A DNA stretch of 64,000 nt from Marsupella aquatica. Taxonomy: Eukaryota > Plantae > Marchantiophyta. The position numbers and the translations under genes are program-made. The stretch is from positions 15,616,699 through 15,680,698 of the forward strand of contig OZ316894.1 in NCBI GenBank assembly GCA_973895155.1, given 5' to 3'. The notes beneath the pieces are model-generated. The model did no database searches. It saw nothing but the letters and a program-made list of their open reading frames with translations, and had not been told where the DNA came from. This document shows, one piece after another, positions 12,314 to 22,887 of this stretch. Each line of letters begins with the position of its first letter. The first letter of the stretch is position 1.

Positions 12314-12319
12314 AGAGAG
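12273..12319 (+). repeat. (GA)n microsatellite in the divergent promoter region of D
   Basis: Directly visible GA run. Confidence 0.9.
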
Positions 12320-12941
12320 AACTGGAGAGGCAAGTGACAAATGACTCGAATGAGCTCCAACTAGGAGCTTTATGCACTTGCCTCACAACAATCGATCAGA
12401 TTAGATGATAAGGGAAATCAGCTCGCAATCAACCTCTTGGACCATTCTAACTAAATGCGTCGTTTTCTGACAAGCTAGCGATCACCATTATTCAAACTCA
12501 TACATTTTATTGGAATGCTTACCACCACCGGGGCCGAAGGCATCGGAACATCACTGGAATTTTTAAATCTCCAGCTAGCTAGCTAAATATTGGGCCACCA
12601 AGCCAACCACGCCAGCTAGGCCAGGCTGTACTGTCTGACAATGACCAGGGCCAGTGGACCGTACAATCGACCTTCATCCTTGTTTCAAGAGTGAGCCAGG
12701 CAAGGGGTATAGGGAGGAGGAGGGGGGCTGGGGAGCTCATTAATTTTGCTCCTCTCTCTTTTTGTGAATTTTCTCTCCTGCGCTCTCTTCTCTTCCCCTC
12801 TTGCTCTCCTCTCTTAGTCTGGCAACGCTACCTCCTTCTCACTGCATGTAGCTGGCTGCAATTTAGGGTTTGGAGTGGATTGCGGTTGCCTACGTGTTTG
12901 AGTCTCCTACTGCCACATGGCACCATCGTACAACTGACATT

Positions 12942-15269
12942 ATGTCTGAGCTGGAGGTGAACTTTATCTACGACGATGATTACACCGAGGACGTTGGTGG
13001 TCCAAATGTCAAGGCCCTTCTTGAGGAGGCATTGAAAGATGGCAACAAGTTCAGAAAACGTCTCCATGGTGCACACTTTTGACTCGCATACATTCCACTT
13101 TTGTATTGAGATGGTTGATCCTGGATCAACCCTCTTTTGATATGGATTCGTTGAAACAATCAATTATATTTGTGTCTCACTATGTGGTTGTCTCACTATG
13201 TGGTTAGACATTCTTGATCTCTATGTATCCACAATTGTAGTGTGAAATGCAATAAATACTCTTTTCACAAGCATCGGGTTGATCCAAGATCAACCCTCAC
13301 TATACACTTATTGTGTTGATCCGACATCACTCGGACTCCTATACACATGAATTCTTTCACTTGATCTGCACGGGTTGATTCTGGATCTACCTCCGCACAA
13401 ATTAGGTTGATAAAGTATTCCTCCACACAAACTAGGTTGATCTAGGATCAACCCTCTCTTTACACGGAGCTGGTTGATCCCAAATGAACCTTTGCTTTGC
13501 ACATACATTTGGTTGAATTTGGATCAGTCCTCCTCCTGTAATACAGATTGGGATGATCCGGGATCAATCCTCTTCTAGAGAAATTGTTGAATCCAGGATC
13601 AATGCTAGTTCATTTGAATTTCATGATCCAAGAGAGGATGCTAGGTTGGAAGAATGTATTATTGTCACAGTGTCTTTTGGTTGTCAGTTTGTTTTCTAAA
13701 CTATTTGTGACACAATGTGATTCTATTTCAGACAAAAAGTGAAGACACATCAAAGTGCCGGAACCGGTGACGGAGACAGTCAAGATTCCTGGAGTGCGTG
13801 AGAATAGCTTTGAATGGGCGTTAGAATTCATGACAGACGTGAGCTTTGGCCATCAAATTCTTTGTGCAAAGATGAAATCTCCCGGGCTCAATCCTCTTAT
13901 TCCGGTTGGTCTTGGTCCAGTGGTCCGAGTCTCAATCCCAAATGGCAATGAGATTCATTGTACAGCAGAGAGTCAAGAGAATAAGAAGTGGATTTCTTTT
14001 ACGCTACCAATGAAGAAATACTCTTACAACTTGAATGCTGATTGGGTTGGTCATGGAGGAATCAGTGTGGTTGGGATGGGTTTATTTTTGGATGTCTGTA
14101 CTGCTAAATCAATGTTAGAAGGAAAGTGCATGATACAAACTACGGCCGACGTAGTTCTTGGATTTGACTTCCTGGCGTACTTTATCCAATCAAATCCTGA
14201 TATTGTAACAAATCCAAACACTTAGCGGCTGGAGAAGTTGGTGAATAGCGCTGGTCTTGCCGACAGTGCTTTCAAGGTTTTTCTCAAGGGTGACTTGGTT
14301 TTTTGTGGTTGGGACGACAAGAAGGCTCGACGTTGGATTTCTACTTTGAAGAGCACACAGGTCGTGGATAAGCCAGGAAGTAGTTCAATCCCAAACCGGA
14401 GAACACTGAATTTTCAGGTGGTACCAATCCTTCTTCTCCGGAAAGATCTAAACCAGAAGAACTTAGGCCCATCCATTCCACTATACTCGATCACAAGAAG
14501 TCTACGGTTAATTTGGTTCTTGGGAAAGGGAAGAGCATTCGATCAAGTGAACCAAAAATTATTTTGAGTTCATCTAATGAGACCAATTCAGATGGTGGCA
14601 GTCTCAACGAATCGGATGAGAATAACGATGACACATCTGAGGAAGATGATTTAGACACTGAGGCAAGTGAAGATAATGGTAAAGTTACTACAAAACGCAA
14701 AGCAAAGCGAGCGAGGTCAGATTACCCAGAGGAGGAGGATGAAGTCGACACAAAGAAAAAGAAGAAAAATAGTCAACCCTCCACAAGAGTTTTGCGGCCT
14801 GCAAAAGAGAAGCAGCCAGCAACAGAGAAGAAGGCACGGGAGCCAAAGCCAAAGATGCCAAGGAAGAAGTGAGAGCCAAAGGTCAAGACCCCAACTAAAA
14901 GACAATCTTCACATGAGAAGATTGCCAAAAAGAGGAAATCAGAGAAGGAGAACGCTTATGTAATTATCGCTACAAAAGGGATGATTGTGACATATGAGGA
15001 GGATGAAGGGCCAGCAGCAGCGCCTTTGGAGTCAAAGGTTAGAGAGGGTAGAGAGGTTTTGGATACCGCTTGAAAAATACTACACATTTGGTATGGATGA
15101 GATTTTTCAAAACCTGTGGATCTTATTGTCCCTCCACCAGCTTGACTTTGCTATCGAATGATAAATAGGGAGGACGTGAAACAGATTGCCGACTCCATGG
15201 TGGAGAAGCCAGGGCATCAACCGCATGTTGCTGATTTGATTGCCTTCTCGCCAACAACAAAGAAGTTGG
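12942..15269 (+). pseudogene. D cargo gene, 5' part (exon 1, intron ~13069-13731, acidic/basic region, start of ParB-like domain); interrupted by element C
   Basis: Phase-compatible GT..AG intron. Ends ..PVDLIVPPPA*LCYRMINREDVKQIADSM..FSPTTKKL at the GTTGG TSD. Several stops and frameshifts. Confidence 0.65.
13113..13605. repeat. Array of ~10 degenerate 19-bp palindromes GGTTGATCCNGGATCAACC
   Basis: Perfect copy at 13113-13131; variants near 13277, 13372, 13435, 13472, 13511, 13551, 13585. Confidence 0.8.
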
Positions 15270-15878
15270 TGTTGTAACTCATACTTGAGTTAAGTCTACC
15301 TTTGGGATAACTACCTATGTAACTACCCTAACTACTTAGGCCGTAGCCACATGTACATATTCTACCAAGAGTAAAGATGGAACCAACTCTTTGTCTCATT
15401 AATCCCACAACACGTTATCAGCACGACTCTACGAGGCTGAGCGGAGCAAGGCCATGAATTTTTTTAAGAAGAAGGGTGAATTGAACAACGAAAAAAAGAA
15501 GACATTGATAATCTCATAAGGATCGAAGCAGGATTAAGAAAGACCGAGTAAGGCAGATCCGGGAAAGAGGACCGAAGGCAACCATTCGACAACTGTGAGC
15601 ACTTTCAGAAATAAAATTTTTAACAAGGACATTGACGAATCAATGACAGAAGCGCAACATCGTTCGAAGACGATAAGGACAACCTGAGACTGGCTGAAAT
15701 TTTTTTTTAGGCCATGACTGATTCACTCTAAGACCTGAAGAGGCCGAGCCATGACGGAGCTTTGTTAGAGGGGCAGAGAGAGGTATGAACGAATTTGGCG
15801 ATGTATCGCTGGAAAAAGCTGAATGAACGAGAGAGAGATGGCGGAATTAAGGATTGTGATGTGATGGATAAAGAATTG

Positions 15879-18873
15879 TGTGGTGCGTCCCATGGCTCCC
15901 TAAACCCAAGAAACCCCCCAGCTCAAGCCGATTCCCGCAGGTTTCGCGCTTGGCGAGGCCGTTTCCGCGGCTTAGCGGCATGGGACGCTGCTAACTTTCT
16001 ACTACTACTATTAACATTTTACACACATATACTGGACAGATCCTTCATCGGGTCATGAGATACGTAGCCGGCCTAATCTAGGCCTTCCCTTGTCTTCCCC
16101 TCCGTCTTGTTAGGTATGTTTGGATTCCGCCGCCGGAATGATCCCCAATAGGCTTGGTTAAGCCGCTAAGACCTCTCTCAGCTCGACACATCCAACTCTC
16201 ACTCCCCTGCTTACTTTCCTTCCTTCTAGTTGATGTGGGCACTCTTCACACAAGTTAATGCGACACACAAATAGCAAAATGACTCATTCTGACTGAGTCA
16301 TACCATGCACTTGCCATACAAATAGTACATCTCATACACAAGCTCTGCGAACTAAGCCGTGAGGCCAACTCTATTCAGCTCTTAGGCATGAGGAAACATG
16401 AATATACACAAGGGTCACTGTATGACTAACCGAGAGCTTCTCTTACTACTTGATCCCAGCCCGGCTGGTGCAAACTAAAAACTTGCTAAAGAAGAGACCC
16501 TGAGCTCCCCGCTGCCCAGGTACTTATCCTGGTAGTGGATCCGCCTAATTCTTTGCAGCGTAAGCCTAATCTACCTAACAGTAATCTACTTGCCCGGATC
16601 TACCTATGTACAGCAAGGCAGGAGCACAAGTGTTGCTCCTACCAGTGGAACCACAATCCCACTAAGCCTAATTCCTGCCTAATTCCTGCCTAATTCTTGC
16701 CTAATTCGCTCTTGAAATTCCTGCGCCGTCTGTTTTATGCCGTCAAAGCTCGGGGGAGCAACATCTGGTGGGGGAGACTCAGGGCTACTCTGCTGGTTGG
16801 GGTCCCCTCGTACTACCCTTGGAAGTGTGGGGACAAACCGGCCACAGGTCCTTACTCCTGGAACGTGATGGTCCGACCCATAGTCGGAGTTATCATGGCT
16901 GCAGTCCTCCATTGCCTCCTCTACTTCTTGGACTTCCGGCTTCTCCCTCTCCTCTTTGTCCGTGGGAGCTTCAGGCAATTCAGCCTCAGATTTAGAGCTT
17001 GAGACTCCCACATACATTCGAACACCTGGCTTGGATTCCGGCCTGATTCTCTCCTTGTCTCCAGCAAAGGGGTTTTCTCTTGTGAGCCGATGTAGGCCTA
17101 CCTCTGGAGTAGTGTCCTGCATTGTTGCCGTTGCCGTTGTCGTTGTCGTTGCCGATCTCTTTTCTTTCTCCAGTAGTTTCAGCAGATTCTGCATGCCTGG
17201 TTGCTGCATCGGCAAGTCCTCCTTCCTTGGCCTAAACACCTGCTTCATCGTAGGGCTAACAGGTGGTTGAGGCTTCTCTGCTACCGGCCTCGGTGCTAGA
17301 GCTTCCTCGGGTGCCCTTACTTGTAGGGGAAGTACTGGGGCAAAAGTTTGACCTCTGGCATACCGGCACAACAGCGACATGTGATAGCCAAGCCGCGATA
17401 CGCTCCCCATGCCGATTGCCTGCTGCTCCTCCTTTAAGATTTTCTTCAATTGGTTGAGGAGGTACCCGTTGTAGTCCCGGCTTGGGTCTGGCCTCTCTGC
17501 CAGATAGACCTGTGCCTTGCCAATCTCTGCCCTCGGCAAGTTACAATGCATGGTCACCCGCAAGAAGTCGATCATCTCTCCTATGTGCGGGTTGGTGCAG
17601 GTGTTTCGGAAGAAGCCATTCTTCGTTGATGGCCCAGGAAACGACCGGAACTCCTTGTCAGGCAAGGTCTTCCTGGTATCAACTTTGGTCTTATTGCCTA
17701 TCGGCAAGCCAAACACTTCGGCAATCACTTTGGGAGTAAGATAGAAATCCTTCCCATATATCCTCGTGCAATTGGTCTCGGGTTCTCATGACCCCACGAA
17801 TTCTAATAGGTCTGACTCCGGTACCTCCGGCTTCAGCCATGGTAATCTTACAAAGGCCTCTAAGCCGGATCCGGCCATGAAGCCTTGGTACTTCTTGGTC
17901 TGCATGGCCGTAAAGCATGCATCCTCTTCCCGTGCAAAATGTAGTTGCACCTCCACCGGTAGGGTTGCCGCCCAGCCCTTCCAGGTGTCATCCCTGGTTG
18001 GAATGGCCTTGATGGGATCAACCTCCTCCTCTTCGGCTTCTCCCTACCTCCTGCTCTGCTGTTCGGCTGGCTTCTTTGGTGCCGCCGACCTCGTTCTTTT
18101 TGCCGGGGTGGCTTCATCGTTGACGGCTCCCTTCCTCTTCATCTCTGCTGCCGTGGAGGTTTCTCCTAGCACCGTTGCCTGGGTCCACCTTTCTGTGCTA
18201 CCCTTCAATTCCCAGTGTATGTCGTTGCAGTTCTTGATGGCCTCTCGGATGCCGACAACGCTGTCTTTGCAAAACAAAAGATCGTCAAGCTGATTGGAAG
18301 TAGGAGTCCACAAGAACTCGTCCTTGATGAGTTCACCTCCTAAGAAAGCCATCTTCTGCAGCTCCCACAATCGAGCGAGCTCCTGCCGTTCTCGAGCTGC
18401 CCTTTCTAATTCCTCGTCCTCGTAAGTCTTGATGTACTCAGTTGCCCGTTCGAACAGGCATCCCCGGAAATGTGCTGCTTGATTGCCGTTGCTCATACCC
18501 TCCTTAGGTCGATCATCGGTATCTACTCTCTCCCCGAGTGCTTGCCTAAGCAGCTGTGAGTAGTTGGCCTCCCGTAGTCGTCTACGTAGTTCGTGCTCAC
18601 AAATGCGCCACCATCTCCTGCAAGCGCTCCTTACCCCTCTCCTCTTCCGGTCCTTCCTCCCGTTGATCCTTCCTAGCCGCCGACGCTTAACGCGCCCTAA
18701 CCCTAATCGAGTTTTCACCCCCAGCATCCTTACCCCCGGCCTCGGCCCAGGTTCCATAGTCGCCCCTAATTGTTTATATTTTCCTTGTTTTGTTCCTATA
18801 CTAAGGTGTTTCTAGGGTGCATTCTTGCTTTACCCACTTCACTGGCCGTGGTGATTCCTGGCTAGGCATCACA
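15879..18873 (-). mobile_element. Family-B element copy B1 (2995 bp, internally deleted)
   Basis: Termini TGTGATGC..GCACCACA; TSD AATTG at 15874-15878 and 18874-18878. Confidence 0.93.
16679..18757 (-). pseudogene. B1 ORF (Athila-ORF/plant-transposon-protein-like); stop at 18044, coiled-coil half deleted
   Basis: ORFs 18044..18757 and 16679..17728 match the B3, B4 and B5 proteins. Confidence 0.8.
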
Positions 18874-21800
18874 AATTGCGTCATAGCGTGCATAAAATTT
18901 GCGGATGAGAGAGTCCTATAGTGATGCGAGGTGAGGTCATGTCAATCGCGGAAAAAGGGATTGTTATCTCTGAAGGCGGAAGCGGCTAGCTAGAGAAGCC
19001 GAAGAGTTTTCATCAGATTCTACTAATTCCCTATCTCCACATCGGCATTCCTTTCATGTGCATCCATGTGCACAACGTGGGCCTGGCGATGGTGAACTGA
19101 ACCTTCAAAGTTTTTCCCGCGTTCCGAGGATTATGAACCGAATGGATTGTTTTCACGAACGCAAGTGAACGCCCTGCTTGATCTGACCTAAAGGAATGAC
19201 AAAATCATACGCACTGGCTGAGATTCAAAGCGCATTCCAATGAATTTTGAAGAAGGAAGAACGACAAAGGCACTTTGATGAAAGAGAATTTTCCTTTTGA
19301 AATTGACCAGACGACCCAATCTTGAACAAGGGCCCTCACACAGAGCAAGACTTACCAACCGGGCCACCGACTACCTTGAAGTCCACCTGATTCAGAGACA
19401 CACAGAACTGACTACAGAGAAGAAGGATTGGACCCAGATACAATTCGGCACACAATGATAAGGACAAGGGAGAAGGAGGCCCGAGTCATTCGAGTACAAT
19501 ACCGCATCCAGAACGATACAAGTGCCGTATCGATTTTGGCAATAAGGATAACAGACCACCACAGAGCGAAATAGTGATGCGATGTGGAGGCGTTGAAATT
19601 CGGAAATGAATATGAAGGAATGCAGCAAGAAGTGACCAGAGGGAAGGAATGAAGGAAGGAACCATGCCACAATAAGCGAGTGAAGCAGAAGATTCAGAGG
19701 ATTTCCCCTTGTCGAAGGAAGGATTGGGACCAATAACAGAAGATAAGAGAGAGCGCAAACCGGAGAATTATACTGTCGACAACCATGACCAGGCGCAGAT
19801 GGAGTGAAGGACGATAGATAGAGCAGAGGACCACAAAGAAAGAAGGCATACTTGACGTTTAAAGAGCACGAAGGGAACGCCTGCAGCTGACGAACAAATC
19901 TCGCAACAAAGAACTTCAAAACTTCGAGAAAACGTCGAGAACATACCGCTAAGTGCAAACCCTCCTTAATTGCAAAACCCATCAAATAGATTTGCGTATA
20001 CAAAGAACAATGTGCACTGAACCAGGGAAACACACATACTAAGAACGGGGACGAAATGGCATTAAAATGAAAGATATCTATTGGGAATATTACCATATAA
20101 GAATTGCCATTCACAAATTCAGGGGGAGAATTGTTTTTCCCAACGTGCCTACTGCACTTAAAAGTTAAGCTCCGTGCCTACTACACATGGAAGCCAATGA
20201 GTGCCTACTGCACATGGAAGTAAATGACAAATTGAGGGGGAGACCTCAAGTAAGACTTGACATCAAGCAATGTAACCCATGGGATGTGCCTATTGCACAA
20301 GTGCCTTTCGCACCAATGAATACCTAAAAATGGAACTCTATTCCATGCATATGGCAAATCATGAAATCTAAGGAATTTTTATAAATGATTGAACATGGTG
20401 TTAACACAATCACGTACCAATACTTGATGAGGTATACTGGATATTAAAGTACCATATGATAATATGAGGTACAGTACCAGGTCATAAGGTACCATAAGGT
20501 GAGACATGGCATGGTAAGGCACCATAAGAGATGGTGCGCCATACCCCAATATGATAACCCTATGTTGTGGATATGGTACGTGATGTGGTGCAAATAAGTT
20601 ATGCCCACACCAAATCTAGGGTTGGACACCCAATCCAATTCCAAGGCCATGGATTACACCATATCATCTTCATTTTGTACTAATACTTTATTTTGTCATG
20701 GCATGTAATCGGTGACCATCAAGGAGTCTCCATTTCCAGATTGGAAGGAGACACGAGAAACAATCAACCAAGGAAGATCTTCAACAAGCCTATAGTGCTG
20801 ACAAGCACCTTAAGAGACTTTGTAGAAATTACACATACACTATATGCTTAAACCCAAATATGTTACACCCATGGGGATGGTAATACTCTTTCCTCCCACA
20901 AAGAAAGTAGGGGAGGTTTTAATGAGGTTACTGTCGTATAGTGCTAAGTATCAAAAGTGACTCTCCTCACCTAAAACCAGGGTTTCGATCCCTTTAAGAA
21001 CAGATTTCAGAATGAATTGTATAACTTTTATCACTCCGAGTGATTTAGAGTCTTGAGCTCTATGTTGACTTCACTTCTCAATAAAAAAATCGAATAAACA
21101 AACAACAAAGTAACTGAACTTCTGATTTATGAATTAGAGAAGAAATGAGTAAGGATTTAGAGACTACAAGCTGCTACTGCCACTCCTTCAGAAAGGATTT
21201 GGGCTCAGTATAGACATGAAATCTATCTCATAATTCATCCATCTCACTCTTCAAAACACAAAGGTTAATGATAATGGAATTCTCAATCTGATGAAGCAGA
21301 AGCTTTCTGATTGCAAATGAATGATATGATTTAAAATGCCGTCAACATGGTTTGACATCAGCGATACGCAATTCAGTCAAACTCTAAACCATATTCCAGA
21401 ATCAAAGCAACAGTACTAACTACTCTGAGAATCAGAATTTACTTCTCATTTATCATTAACTATTCTTGAATTGGCTAGCGAATCCTGACTCTGCAAGCAA
21501 GCCTAGCAGTGAATTCAATACGAGTTTCAGAAATCTGCAACTGAATTCAATCACCACAGGAATCTCTTGAATTCAATCTTAACTTCAATCAATATAGCTT
21601 TACTTCCATACAAAACACTCACAGCATGCCTTGTTACAATGGAAGGAGGAGAAAACTATTCAGAAGACTCAATTCTGAATACAGTATTAACTCTATTTCT
21701 CTCTACTTCAAATGAGCATTCTACTCTGTCTTATAAGTGCTGGAATCCTAAAATGGAGGAGGTAAGAACAGTCATGCCTTTCCAAGCTTAAAACTAAACA

Positions 21801-22398
21801 AGGGAGAAGCACAGCATAAGTACTTCAACAAGGGTGGTAGAATACTACTTTACTAGTAATCTACTTCAAAAACTAAGTGTTGAGCGGACGCTGCTAGAAG
21901 CGTCGGGAGAATCTGGACGCTGCTAGAAGCGTCTTAAGTAAAACCAACGGACGCTGCTCACACTGCTCACAGCGTCAATACTAGGGTGGACGCTGCTCAC
22001 AGCGTCGTGTGTTGAAGCTGACGCTTTCCACAGCGTCGGTCGAAATCCTCATAGAGTCTTGGTGGCGGTCGGGCACTGCCAAAAGCGTCATGAGGAGGTT
22101 GGACGCTTCCGCAGCGTCTTGAGTAAAAGAAACGGGCGCTGGTCACAGCGTCGGGCAAAGTACACTAGGAATCGTCAGGAAAGCCGGAGATGTCAAATAT
22201 TTCTATAAGTGTCCAGAACAAGTAAATGTTGGCCGGAAGGTGTCTAAAGTGTAAGTAAATCTTGTGATATGCTAAAAATAAACAAGTTTCCAGAAAAAAT
22301 TGCAGGGACACCCATACCACATAGCCCTCCACTTAAATTTCGCCGTGTCCCCACAAGACATGACCGAATTGAATCAGAAGCGAGTGACATGTTCTTCA

Positions 22399-22875
22399 TT
22401 AATAATATTCTGGCTTAATAATCCAAGTAGTGCTCAAAATCATTGACGGGAGTTGGGAGATATCCGAATCCAGAATATAAAAATTGAGGTCATGGAATTC
22501 TTCTCCGATCTGTATTGGGACTCCTTTAACTCTTCCCCAAAGATTAATGATTCGTCCATCGATTGATATCTGAGCAGATATCGGTTGTACTTCTTGATGA
22601 ACAAATTGCTGGCACAGTCTGTGGGAGAGGAAATTAATTCGAGAGCCTGGATCAATAACAAAGTGTTGAATAGCATGTCCTCCCAGTTTGATCTTGCCTT
22701 CAAAGGAATGTTGGAAAGCACGGGGTAAAGAATTCCAACAATCCATAGTAGCTTTGATGTCCCACATGAGCAGATAAATATCAATTCGAAGGAGAAAGAA
22801 GGAAACAATTGCAGGATGCTGCAAAAGTAACGGCTTATATACATATAAATGACAACACCGTTTGATATCTCTCAT
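22399..22875 (-). CDS. Retropepsin-like (aspartic protease fold) ORF just upstream of the PPT
   Basis: IKLGGHAIQHFVIDPGSRINFLS..GRVKGVPIQIGEEFHDLNFYIL..MILSTTWI aligns by eye with the A1 protease domain. Confidence 0.7.
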   Translation of the reverse strand: MRDIKRCCHLYVYKPLLLQHPAIVSFFLLRIDIYLLMWDIKATMDCWNSLPRAFQHSFEGKIKLGGHAIQHFVIDPGSRINFLSHRLCQQFVHQEVQPISAQISIDGRIINLWGRVKGVPIQIGEEFHDLNFYILDSDISQLPSMILSTTWIIKPEYY

Positions 22876-22887
22876 AAATGGTGTCCT

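Noticed and set aside
13113-13605. Palindromic repeats with unique spacers resembling a CRISPR array
   Set aside because: Repeats are degenerate and irregularly spaced, lie in a spliceosomal intron of a eukaryotic transposon, and no cas genes are present.
19392-20114. 240-aa minus-strand ORF in element C
   Set aside because: No recognisable motifs; its hydrophobic composition is what the antisense of purine-rich sequence gives.
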